A stretch of DNA of 49,278 nucleotides, filler included, from Porpidia crustulata (Eukaryota): the NCBI GenBank assembly GCA_964255105.1. It is 2 parts of 2 records of this genome, joined end to end, with 100 filler letters (N's around TTAATTAATTAA, not from the genome) between each part and the next. Parts side by side here need not be neighbours in the genome. Positions count along the whole stretch, not along the records: positions 24,771 to 49,278 come from CAXUWE010000056.1; 1 more part is not named here. One strand, 5' to 3'. Below, in pieces: positions 38,469 to 49,278 of the stretch; position 1 is the first letter of the stretch; every line of letters begins with the position of its first letter. The notes beneath the pieces are model-generated. The model saw only the letters and a list, made by a program, of their open reading frames with translations. It did no database searches and was not told the origin of the DNA. The position numbers were made by a program, and so were the translations under genes.

Positions 38469-38934
38469 TAAGCCATGTGTCACTGCAGCACTTAGTTTTG
38501 ATGCCAAGACGGAGCGGAAAAACTATCTTTACCCCTGCCGCCAAGACCTCATCTTTCAATCAAGACAAGGGATACATCAAGTTTGACTGGCGCTTCAGGC
38601 AAGCTTCGATCAATTCTTGAGATGCTGAACAGACCAAAGATTACTGCGGGGGACCGCTGAGACTGTTCATCGCGTGGAACCCCGTGATAAGCCTTCAATG
38701 CTCGATGTCCCTTTTTCCTACGAATGCACCCTGCCTTATCCTTGCACCGGCATGTTGGCTGTGCCGCCCAAGCCTCGATGCATCACAGCAAGTCTAGAAG
38801 TGTCGACTGTCCGATGAGGCTGAAGGATAGCGGGGCCATCGTGTGTGGATATTCCATAATTGCGTTCCTTCCACTGTTTCCACCGTCCCCCTTGATTTCT
38901 ATGCCGTGTCACACGTCTCCTCTTCGAATACAAC

Positions 38935-41060
38935 ATGAATAATCATGAGACTTCCACCACAGATCCCTCTCGTCTGACAGATTCGCCAGGTGTAGTAGAG
39001 ATAGCGCAGACTTGCACAACGCCTCTCCCACAAAATGATCAGAGGCAGCCTGATGTGGAGACTTTAGGTGGACAGCAGTCATCACAAGAGCCAGAGTCCG
39101 AGATACAACCCGACGTTAGCCTCCTGACCGCATCCTCCGTCTCGTCCGACATCATAGCGAGTACGGCGCTCAAGGCGGAGGACGAGGAGTCAAAAGTGAT
39201 TCGATCAAAACCCCAGAAGAGACGGGTGAAAAAGCCAGCCGGCTGGTTCTGGGAGGTTGTGACATGGCTACTCGGGACAGTGTCAATCCTGGCCATCGTT
39301 CTAGTGCTGGCCCTTTTCAATCACAAGAATATCGAGCAGTGGAAGATTTCCATCAGGATCAATACAATTGTCTCTATTCTTTCCCAGGCAGCAGTTTCTG
39401 TTCTCATGGTATCGGTGTCCGCTTGTGTTGGACAGATGAAATGGGTGTGGTATCAGGCCGAGAGGAGCTTGTTTGACATTGACAGGTTCGATTTCGCGAG
39501 CCGAGGGCCGCAAGGAAGCGTGATGTTCCTCTGTAGCAAACGCCGTGTGCTGTGAGCTAATTTGTCCTTGCGTCATGCTGCCTGGCTTACGCGAAGGTAG
39601 GCATTTTGCGGCCTTGGGGGCTCTCACTACCATTCTCATGCTCGGCTTTCAACCCTTCGTACAGCAGACTGTCAACGTCAATGGTGTGCGCTGGATGCGA
39701 CTGCCTATCGAACCGAGGATTAGCCGCGCTACAATGTTCCAAGATACCCTCCTTGAAACGACCTCAATCTTTAGTAGGTTTCCCCTTTCTGCAGAACTCC
39801 TATGCGGCAAAGTACACAGTCCTCCTGACCGCTCTTATTTACAATTAGATCAGTCTGTTAACATGTCACTGCCGATACTCTCCATCCAAAACGCAGCCGG
39901 CGCCGGGCTCCTGCGGAATGACAGCGATCCGTCTCAGGTCTCCGGGTTCTGCCCCACGGCTAATTGCACTTGGGAACCTTATGATTCCCTCGCTCTTTGC
40001 TCAACGGTCGAAGATGTTACTTCTGCTATAATATTAGAATGTCACAACCACACTTCGCTTCCGGACAACTCGCTTTTAAATTCAGAAACTTGCAACATCT
40101 CAACAACGGCATTGAAAGCAGCAGGCTCCCCAGACATAGAGATGCATATAGGGTCACATCCAGATCCTTTTTTTGCGGTTTCAAATATTGACGGCTATGT
40201 GACCTCTAATGGTTCGACAATCTGGCTCGATGTATTCGTTTTCTACTCCTTTCAAGACAACATGTCTCCCTTAAAGATCCAATTGGGAAAAACCTTATTC
40301 GCTCTTAAAAGCCGACTCAGTCCATGCCTCCAAAAGCTCCAGACGAACATGAATAACGGCGTAACAAACACCATTGTCCGCGATAGTCAAGACCTTCCAA
40401 AGCTTGAGGCAGGATTCTATGGACCAGATGGCAACTATTCCGGCTTTGAATCTTTCTTCAATTGGATAGGTGTCAAAATGTTCAACGTCACTTTCAACGT
40501 GGTTCCAGGTCCCTTGGCTTCTCCCTACGGAGAGACCCCCAATCCATTTGCAGAAGCCTTGTTCGGCCCCAACGCCAATACTTTCGATCCAAAACTATCA
40601 GAACAAGGGTTAAGAGACAGAATGAGTAATTTCACTACCATCATAAGTAATGCGTAAGTGCTTGAACGATAAAAGCGTTCCCAGTTAACCATGTTTAATT
40701 GACCTCACGTCTAGTATGAGACTCAATCCTGAAGTGGGAGATAACATGACGGCGACAGGCGTCGCCTGGGCTTCGGAAACTATCATTCAAGTAGAATTTC
40801 TATGGCTCATCGGCCCCGTCGCGTTATGGCTTCTTGCAACAATTTTTCTGTTCACCACTATGCTAATGAGCAAGAAGCGGAACATTCCATTGTGGAAATC
40901 GTCTGTGCTGGCACTGTTACGGTCGCAGAATGAAGAGGGTGCTTCTGGTTCCGTGGAAGACATGAAAAGCGACGCAAAGAAGAATACAGTCCAATTAGCG
41001 CACAGCCGCGATGCTTGGTGGCTGGCTAGCGTGGAGCAGACATATTTAGAGGAGGATTGA
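38935..41060 (+). CDS. DUF3176-type membrane glycoprotein, multi-exon
   Basis: WFWEV, INTIVSILS, GQMKWVWY, FDFASRGPQGS, PFVQQTV, CPTANCTWEPYDSLALCS and PLWKSSVLALL motifs. Confidence 0.88.
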
Positions 41061-43030
41061 GCTTGGCCTACATATCGCAATGTTCTCTTAGAACTTCTAG
41101 CCTAGGCAGATCTGGTTCAGAATAATGGGTGGGTCTATAGTCGAGACTGTTGGCTTTGCTGTCTTGATTCGGCTCTGTACACTGGCAAGATATCGCTGAT
41201 TGGGGAATGATGGGACTAGCGGATGCTGATCAGTCTTATCATTCATGCTTTCACGTCTCATTCATGAAGATTCTCTGAGCATCATTCGATCGAGAGGTTT
41301 GCAGTTGAGAAGCTTCGATAGGTTGTTAATGAGTCCGCGACAGAAAACGAATTCTTAGACTTACTTTAAGGGCATACCGTGTTTTGTCTCATTTCGCGCC
41401 GACATCGTCTCGCAGGCACGGGGCATGCGTCTTCGATTCGAGATTCTTCACGTGATTCATGGAATGAACCATCGACTTAATCTCTTTCTCATTATTCTGT
41501 TGTCTTGGGAATTAGGAGCAGGGTATCTGAAGACTACACGTCGCTATGATGGACGTGTCTCGCTTGTTTTTAATGCTTTCGCATGAATGCAAGAGAATCT
41601 CGACTCATATTCAGAACTTGTATAATGTTTAATAGGGGGATTCACTTTTTTTTGACACGATCATAATCAAGTCATCTGCTAGATTACGCATGCAATTGTC
41701 ACGGGACTGGACTGGGGCAAAGACTGTATTCTAGTAACTAGGGTTTTAGATACAAGACGTTGCACGAAGAAGAAAGGAAAGCAAGAAACAAGCAAGAAAC
41801 AGGCCGTTAAGTAGGTGCGCCAAGCCCAACTCCGGTGTTGATCCCCCAAGTGATAGGAAATCAATGAACCGTACCGTGCCCAAAGTCCTAACACCAACTT
41901 TTTCTAACACCGGATTTTACCTTTATCCGATGTCACGTGCCAACCGCGACAGCAATATCCGTTCAAGGAGACTCAGGAAAACGAAACTTACATGAGTTAA
42001 TGATCGTTGAAGAGAAATTCTTCGATCGTGAAAGTTAAGACGAAGTCTGATGAATGCCCTCGTCCAGATTGCTTGCGCGATCGGAAGCAGTATATAGGTA
42101 AACCAAGAGTAATCTTCAGCGATATTCATAAAGCTCGTATATTTCTCTTGGTAATTTAATCTCATTCTCTGTGATTTATATATTTTATGCATATCTCGAA
42201 CTCGAAATTTGAAAATCGCCGTTTCCGTTCCAGGAAAAGGAAGTACGGCCGCTTTGAAGGGAGCAGTAAAGAAAGCAGGGGTGTGAGAGCACCGAGGGAA
42301 GCAGTGAAGGGAGCATAGGGAGCGCAGCAGTCGTGGGAATGGAGCCTGGACCTGACCGGATTGAAGCCGGCTTCAGTTGGCCACAGCCAGGTCCATGTTT
42401 GTTCCCACATTTTACGCGATATAAATTCCGCAATGATCCTATTTCGTCGAGATAACTTCGTACACAAGTCAGGGAAGAGATAGAGGAAACTGTTACGCTA
42501 GGGTAGAAGCTGCTGCTCGGCGAAGCATATGGCTCAATTTTGCTTAGGTGGCGAAAAGGGACTAGGGATCGTCTGCGTTCTGCGTTCTTGGGAGATTCGT
42601 TGGTTGACCTCGTATAATTTGATTTAGTTAGCAATCGCTGCGCATCTTTTGATGGTCGTTCTTCGCTAGCTACGAAGAGAGATTTAATGTCTTTAACATA
42701 CTTGCTGAATTCGATGCATGCTGATAGTTAAACTTTCTTCATTGTTATCATCAGGTGTAGACGACAAAGGCTGGCATGGAGACATATCTAGACGAATGCT
42801 GGTACAGAAGGATTACACGATCTGTATATCTTTTCATCTACTCGTCGACACAAGTAAACAATCCTAATCCCCCCTTTCGTGAACATCGATAAGCTTGTCG
42901 TCTCCAGGCCCCCCGTAGGTATATTCCACAAACGGAGAAAGCGGATTTGATCCTCGTTTTCTCAATGCCATTCCAAACCCATATGGTGACCCCTTTCCAT
43001 AGCAGACAGGGCAGCAGCCTTTCACCTATG

Positions 43031-44911
43031 TCAGGGGGCGAAAGGATCCATATCGGCATCCGTAAGAGGGCTATTTGTACCTTCCTCTAGTTTGAGCGTA
43101 AGTTGATGGGCTGTGGGGTTGGCTTGGTCGGGTGGTGGTTTTTTGCTTTCTGTTTTGTTTGGTCGCGCCTTCAGGCGGTAGACCGGGGTGCGTGTCTCTG
43201 ACTGTTCAATCTGAACACACCTCTTTTTCTTGTTGCGTTCTTCCCGTTTGGGTTTGCTAAGAGAGTCCATGACTCGACTCGGGGTTTCTTGATAGTCTTG
43301 CATTGGTCGCTGTGCTGCAGCACAGATGGTAGAATCCGGACTTCCTTTTGCGCTTGTATCTTGGGTCTTCAATAATTCCAAGGGATCGAAGTTCGGATGT
43401 TGGAGATATGGTCTAAATTATGGCTTACCTACCCTACTTATTCCGACCATGACAGCATTGTAAGTAACATGTTTGATGTTTGGATTCAGGGGTTTTGTCC
43501 GCTGTGTGCCGCAGTTCCCGCAGCGTTGTTTCTTGGCGATATAACAGCCATTTTGTTTATGCCATTTTGGGTCGTTGTCTATGTTAGGCCTGCAGCACTT
43601 TTTGCAAAGAACTTCAATATGGGACGGCTTGCGAGGGTCTCGGGTGATCGTTTCATTTATTTTGGGTTTACTTGAACTTTCGGCTCCTGGACTGTGATTA
43701 ACCCTAAAATCTTAGCAAATAAAGGTATCAATTTACTAATTACCTTTGTCGCTTTTAAGCATCTTGGAGGAATACGATTCTCCAAGCTGCTTCCTTTCTT
43801 TCGGGCTAGTTGCTGTAGAGTTTGCAAGATCAATATATACTTGAGTATTCTCGGTGAGATTAATAGCTCTCGCCCCGGTGGAATTATCAAGTGTTCTATG
43901 TTCAGAGGCACCAGAAGATTGTGGGTCCAAATCCTGAGGGCAGGCGTCTAGAAAGGACTTGTTATCGCTGTCAAGTAAGATCCTCTTCATAGCACGGTTC
44001 GAATTCCAGGTGCTGGGTTTACGAAGGATTTCCTTCTCCAGTGGCATCTTAATTGAGACTATACCTGACCCCTTCGCAGCCTGGACTGCTTTGAAAGCAT
44101 CTCGAGCCAGTCCTTGTAGTTGAGTATAATGACAAAGCTTTGGAAATCGGTTGACGAAAGACCAATGCAAGTTTTGATAGAATTGGTTATTGTAAGTGAG
44201 TCCCGCGAGGTGATGAGCAACACATATCCTATGATCTTGCTCCTTTGCGAACTTTTTTCCCCAAGGGAAAAGAAGGTTTTGTGAGTGCATAACAAAAATA
44301 AAAAGGCGAGCCAATTTTGCCGGACTTTCAGGATCGCCTGACATCCATTCCAAGTATATTTCAATACCGCTGTGTCTGCTCCAGAGGGGCAGCCGTTCGA
44401 GATTGCATATACTGAGCATTCTTCCTTGAATAGGCCTGCCGTAGAGAATCTCAACCTTTGCCAGCATATTCCTTCGTAATTTAAACAACCATGCTTCATG
44501 ACAGCGTAACATATGTTCAGGATAGTTGACTAAACCATCCACAACTTCACGACGCGCAAGGTGGTCGTAGATCAATGTTTTGCCTTTGACAAACGTGTTG
44601 GCCATGACTAACCCAATACAAGGGTCTGTTGGATCTGCAGTCTCTCCATTGTGTGGATTCTCAGTGGTAAAACTGGGGTTATGCAAATGATGAGCGATTG
44701 ACCAGTCGAAGTCTCCAGATGGCGGCACAAGTTCATCTTGACGCCTAGGTGAATTCCACAAGAGAGACTCGGTTTCTTGAAATTGGGCAAACTCATCGCT
44801 AGCATTAAACGGTCTTCGTTTCGAGTCTGACTGCACTGGAAGGGTTTGAAAGCACTCTTGATTCTGGGTGGACTGGTGGTTTACCTTGCTGGTACTGAAG
44901 CTCCAAGTCAC
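43031..44911 (-). CDS. Hypothetical protein, multi-exon, with a CxxC..CxxC zinc-ribbon exon; both ends uncertain
   Basis: The 391-aa ORF continues across a GTAATT..GCTAAG..TTTTAG intron (~43744-43705) into EVLCKKC..DPKW..KQRCGNC. Confidence 0.55.
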
Positions 44912-45639
44912 GAATGTGTGGCTCGACTTCTCTTAATCGATTCAGAGCTTCTTGGCTCAGGTGTTCCTCAGGCTCTTCTAGCCAGAAGTCGCCGAAAAGC
45001 CGGTAGCCTGAAGGACAATTGCCATCGATTGTATCTCTCGGTTTTTAATTTTTGACTGATAGCGCCATATCCAAGGCCAGTTCGCACGAGCCAGGCAATT
45101 CACATTTTTAGAAAGCAAACATGAGATTCGTTCTAGTTGCTATAGGAAAGGCTAGGTAATAAGATTGAATTTTCAGTACCCCAGGTCTAGTGCTGTGGAA
45201 GGGATTTATTCCAGGATCTCCGGCGATGAGCAAAACTGCGACGCAAGTTTGGCTCATGCCTGTTGGTGTTAATAGAGGATTAATGAAAGTTTTTGCTGCT
45301 TTTCTAATTCTTCATTTTCGTACGAACGTTCCGCAATACTTCGAAATGACGTAAAAAGGATTTGTGTTAGCGTCGACCAACCTTCAGTCACGCGGATGGA
45401 CAAATTGATCCCCCATTAATGTCTTCAAGTATATCACTGAAGTTCTGTACATAACAACATAAGATTGAGCCTTAAGCAATATAATACATTAAAAACTGTT
45501 AAAAGTTGAAGTATAATCGATTTTCGTGAGCGAATGACTTCGAAAATTCAGTAGTAAAATTTGAGGCTGTGGGCGAGAAATCAATTTGTGCGTCCGGCTT
45601 TTTCGCGTACCCGTGTGTAGTAAAGATTATCAAAAAATG

Positions 45640-45652
45640 AAAAAACAAAAAA
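45640..45652 (-). terminator. Pol III terminator of the tRNA gene
   Basis: T6-G-T6 on the minus strand, starting 3 nt after the discriminator base. Confidence 0.8.
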
Positions 45653-45690
45653 TGTAGTCAGTATGGGGGTCGAACCCATGACTTTCGCGT

Positions 45691-45700
45691 GACAATGAAT
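45691..45700 (-). other. Canonical tRNA intron at 37/38 (ATTCATTGTC)
   Basis: Lies one base 3' of the anticodon. Its antepenultimate G can pair with C32, forming the anticodon-intron pair. Confidence 0.88.
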
Positions 45701-45711
45701 TATTAGCACGA

Positions 45712-45764
45712 CTAGACAAGGTTAGGGCGGCTTAGTTTCGTACGTAGACAGGTTTTACACTGAC
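45712..45764 (-). other. 53-nt spliceosomal-type intron inside the tRNA gene (position 26/27)
   Basis: GTCAGT donor, CTAAC branch site (45725-45721) and CTTGTCTAG acceptor. Exact removal restores the cloverleaf. Confidence 0.82.
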
Positions 45765-47197
45765 CACTCTAACCAACTGAGTTAACCGACTAATCGTGAA
45801 ATACTGGCACAATTTACAATATATCAATCGTTCTATAAGTATCTATCTATTTACTAATAAGAAACGAGCACGATAATACCTCAAAACCGAGAACAGTTGT
45901 CATTACGGTCTCCAGATCATTTACGTTCTGCAGAAATCCTGTGCACAGATACACCCCTCCGGTCAAACCCTTTCTCTGCTCACCGTACCAAGTGTAAGGG
46001 CCATAGTATCGATTTCAAGCAACAATGACCGAACGAGGGATGAATACTAGTAATTGCACGTATAATCAAATGTGTAGATACGTTCTATATATTCTAATTT
46101 TTAACCCTGGCTCTAGAGCATCTTCTTTTGCTATGTAGAAACCAACTTTCCTAGGATTATGATCAGGGTGATTTCCGGTAGAGGGGTTGTTCTAGGATCT
46201 ATTATTCAACAGCCTTTCAACGCACACGTAAAGATGACAGGGGTGGAGATTTCCTACTCTACAGGGCTAGCCCTACAGCCAGAGTTTTCACCCTCTAGCG
46301 ATTCCACTCTTCTTAGATCGAACACTTACAATCACCATGCTTGATGCTCAGCCATTTGCCCCCCAATTGACCGTGATATTCCAAAACTCTGCTCCCACTT
46401 AACTTCCCCCTCGTGCTCCTTTGACGCTTCTCCTTACTCTACTATCCCCACACCTGTCAAATCTGCGAACGCCAAGCCACTAAATTTTTTCAAGAAACCT
46501 CCCGGGCAAGTGCCAAGGGGATCCCTCCAGGATTGTTAGGGTGTAAGCCCCCGAAGCCCATACCCTACAGGGTCTTAAGCGGGTATCTCCGGGAGAGGTA
46601 TTTAGCTCTAGCCCTAGTTTCCAGATCCGACAGGCGAGGGGATACCCCTTGACTGCTCTCACTTTCCTTTATCGCTCTTTATTTACTCCCTCTATACCTC
46701 CTGTAAAGTAGCCCCGCTCTCGCTCTTGGATGTGTTGGCGGATCAGGTATTGAATTGATTGCATTGATATTTGATGTTGTTATTAGGAAGTTATCTAGGG
46801 GGTGGAACAGGAAATAGGAAACTTTCTACTAGCGTCCCCAGTCCCATGTGGCAGAGATTGCCAATTAACTCCAAATACCAACAGGATGAAAGTACTCACT
46901 GTCCTCGTGCTTGTCTCGCATTGCATCCGTATTTTTCCTTCATCGATTGCATCTTGCGTTGTAATGGAAGCTTGACATTGAAACACGCGTCGAAGAGATG
47001 GCTACTTTATTTGGAGCTATGTCGACAACAGGAAATGGTATGTTGTTCGATTGTTAATGTTAGGTTATTCTCGACCGTATGACGGTTGCAAAGGTATTAA
47101 TTTGATTCATGTTGAAATTTCGTCTGATCCTAACAGTCTCTCTAGGGTTCGTATTTTTTCGGTATAGAACGCCCTTCTCATTGACAGCGGCCAACCC

Positions 47198-49075
47198 TCA
47201 CATCCGCTGCTTGCGGAATACATGTTCAAACATGAAGGCCGCAAGCATTCCCAATATACCGACAATGAGATAGATCAGTATATCTAATCTTCTCAACTGG
47301 AATTTTGGGTCCCCTGGTCCTTCTCCTGGTACGACCTCAAACAGATATATGTTTATGTCCTGCCAATTTTGCTGCGCTTGCTCAGATGGGTTATCATTAG
47401 GAATTATGGCTCCCTCAGCTATTTCGGCCATCGGATTTTCGGCTGGTGGCGTGGCATTAGCCGCCTGATTGGGAGGTAATTCTGGAGGCTCCATGAGTCC
47501 TCCACTCGAATGAATTCTCTCTGTGTTATCTCCAAAGACCACAGCTCCTTGGTTATATTTGGAACCCTTGATAGGGCGGAGCTCACCGCGTCGACGGAGC
47601 GTGTGCACATGCCTAAAGCATCTTTGGCCCATTTCTGGATCGCAAGAGAATGAATCCTCCTTTGGCCACTCGAGCGGCCCGTTGAAGCACATCTTGAAGT
47701 CCGAGATGGAAGCAAATGAAGACCCGAGTAAATCTTGAAGTTGTACGACCGACTCGATACAAGCGACCAGCAAGTCTTCGCCCGTAGGTATCGAATTCCA
47801 GACGCTGCATATTGGGGTCTTGGCTTTAATAATCTCACCAAAGCCAATACCATGGAAGACTACGATGCCAGATTCGTTGATCAAATCTTTCCAATTCCCT
47901 TGAAACTTTCGTCTGGTCTCTTTTCGCTCACCACAAGCGGTTCCCCTGGCCGCTACATTGAAAAAGTCCCAACCAACCAAGCCAGCACGCTTAAGAGGTT
48001 TTTCGCTAACAATGTCGAACCTCATAGCATCTATAGTAGCCCAAAGCTCAGTAATCCATGCAGACAGATGTACAGCTTCTTGCCCTCTCGAAGATACATA
48101 GAGTTTGGGGTCTTTGAAGTCTTTTCTAATCGCTTGAAGAGCGGCTTTACTTGCAGTATGCTCATTTCCATTGACCGCGAATGGAATTGGGTTTTCGAGG
48201 GTTGGAATTACCTCTTGCTTCGCCCAGTATAAGGCTCTGACATGGATCATTTGCAATATAACACAGATAGTGGGAACTAGCCATCCCCGACAGTCATTCA
48301 CGTCGTACATTACTGACGGTTGGTCCATGATTTCTGAGAGGATAGCCTCATATGAGACTTTGCTGGCCTCTCTGATCTCTGCGGCCTTAGACTTGTTGAT
48401 AAGCCAATTCGCATTTAGTCCGCCCCCAACAAAATGAGAACCGTTGATGTTAGCCGATATTCCACTGAGCACGAGTCGACTTCTCTGTGCTCCTAGCGAC
48501 GGACCATGAGGACGCAATGATTGGCCGTAATCAGAATCCTGGGTCCCAAGGCGTACATGTACTTCGGAACTGTAGCCAAGAAATGTTCTACATGAAGACA
48601 AGGTTTCAAACTCGTCAAGGTCCGACGATTTCAGCCGGGGTAGGTTTCTCAGCGATTCTAATGAGATTGACGTTCTTTCGTTGCTTGCATAAAGCGCGTG
48701 CCATTGGACAGAATCCGGTGGATATTTCACACGGGGCTGAGTTACCGGGTAAATTATGCTCGAAAAACCTCGGAGAACATATCCACCGTCGCTCAAAACT
48801 GGGTGTATCACACTGCCTAAGCTGGTCATGACGTTAAAAGGAAGCTCAACACCGATCTCATTCTGTCGTGGAGGGATTGGGAAGCCATAGGCCAGGCTCA
48901 ATCCAGTAAAAAGCTGATACCAACAGATGTCGGAGCTTCTTCCCACAACTTGAGCTGGAGAGTATTTCAAGTCGAATTGCAATAGACTTGACTGCCGCAA
49001 GGTGAAGTCGGAGTGCGATAGCTCCCCCGGAATAGGTAACCGAAATACTAGGCCAAGCCAAGCTACTTGATGCAC
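47198..49075 (-). CDS. Fungal hypothetical protein, apparently 5'-truncated (no ATG), with a C-terminal TM segment
   Basis: 625-codon ORF with QVAWLG..FR, CWYQLF..AYGFPIP.R..GVELPF..M, RTFLG, YD..D.RGWLV and LVGWDF motifs of a widespread ascomycete family. An in-frame stop lies about 10 codons upstream with no ATG in between. Confidence 0.7.
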   Translation of the reverse strand: MHQVAWLGLVFRLPIPGELSHSDFTLRQSSLLQFDLKYSPAQVVGRSSDICWYQLFTGLSLAYGFPIPPRQNEIGVELPFNVMTSLGSVIHPVLSDGGYVLRGFSSIIYPVTQPRVKYPPDSVQWHALYASNERTSISLESLRNLPRLKSSDLDEFETLSSCRTFLGYSSEVHVRLGTQDSDYGQSLRPHGPSLGAQRSRLVLSGISANINGSHFVGGGLNANWLINKSKAAEIREASKVSYEAILSEIMDQPSVMYDVNDCRGWLVPTICVILQMIHVRALYWAKQEVIPTLENPIPFAVNGNEHTASKAALQAIRKDFKDPKLYVSSRGQEAVHLSAWITELWATIDAMRFDIVSEKPLKRAGLVGWDFFNVAARGTACGERKETRRKFQGNWKDLINESGIVVFHGIGFGEIIKAKTPICSVWNSIPTGEDLLVACIESVVQLQDLLGSSFASISDFKMCFNGPLEWPKEDSFSCDPEMGQRCFRHVHTLRRRGELRPIKGSKYNQGAVVFGDNTERIHSSGGLMEPPELPPNQAANATPPAENPMAEIAEGAIIPNDNPSEQAQQNWQDINIYLFEVVPGEGPGDPKFQLRRLDILIYLIVGILGMLAAFMFEHVFRKQRM

Positions 49076-49226
49076 GATTGTAGTTAGGAGGTTCCTAACA
49101 TTTTATACCTTAGACGCTTTGAAAATTTTAGTCAGTGCGTTAGTAGAGGGTATCCCGTTCACTTAGCCATATTTTGTCTAGTAGTATCGATTTCAAAAAT
49201 CATATTCAATTTATCGTTTCACAACG

Positions 49227-49278
49227 TGTTAGGGGCCTCCTAACTACCTAGCTATGGGGGTAAATCAACGAAGAAATA
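49227..49278. mobile_element. Start of a second copy of the LTR, cut by the window end
   Basis: Matches 440-491 except for one C/G difference. Preceded by CAACG rather than TCTTT. Confidence 0.85.

Larger units (their letters stand above)
45655..45791 (-). tRNA. tRNA-Ile(AAT) with two introns; exons 45791-45765, 45711-45701, 45690-45655
   Basis: The spliced sequence AGTCGGT TA ACTC AGTTGGTTA GAGT G TCGTG CTAATAA CGCGA AAGTC ATGGG TTCGACC CCCAT ACTGACT A folds into a complete cloverleaf with all stems paired (two G-U pairs). A and B boxes are intact. Anticodon at 45704-45702. Confidence 0.93.

Noticed and set aside
46130..46700. TAG/CTA-rich stretch suggesting a mutated transposon relic
   Set aside because: No termini, TSD or coding motif could be identified by eye.
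440..49278. One giant 49-kb element (LTR element or Starship) bounded by the direct repeats
   Set aside because: The left LTR has its own TSD on both sides and the right copy has a different flank. No gag/pol or DUF3435 tyrosine recombinase was recognised, and the interval spans an artificial gap.

Overview
Eukaryotic DNA from a filamentous ascomycete (Pezizomycotina-type GT..CTRAC..AG introns). The species cannot be named from this window. It consists of two pieces joined by an artificial N-spacer (24671-24770). It is an accessory-looking region. It holds a compact group of tailoring/transport genes (2OG-Fe(II) oxygenase, Pth11-like membrane protein, DUF3328/UstYa oxidase, DHA1 MFS transporter) with no visible backbone enzyme. 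Other genes include STAND-N/ubiquitin-like, papain-like H..NC, DUF6601, HNH and DUF3176 genes, plus several pseudogenes including a HeLo-kinase relic. Mobile DNA comprises a solo LTR with TSD, a second copy of that LTR, and two TA-flanked MITEs. The standout is a minus-strand tRNA-Ile(AAT) gene (45655-45791) interrupted twice. It has a normal 10-nt tRNA intron at 37/38 and a 53-nt insertion between positions 26/27 that carries all the signals of a spliceosomal intron (GTCAGT...CTAAC...TAG). Family assignments come from motif recognition by eye, not database searches. Exon boundaries are manual estimates.
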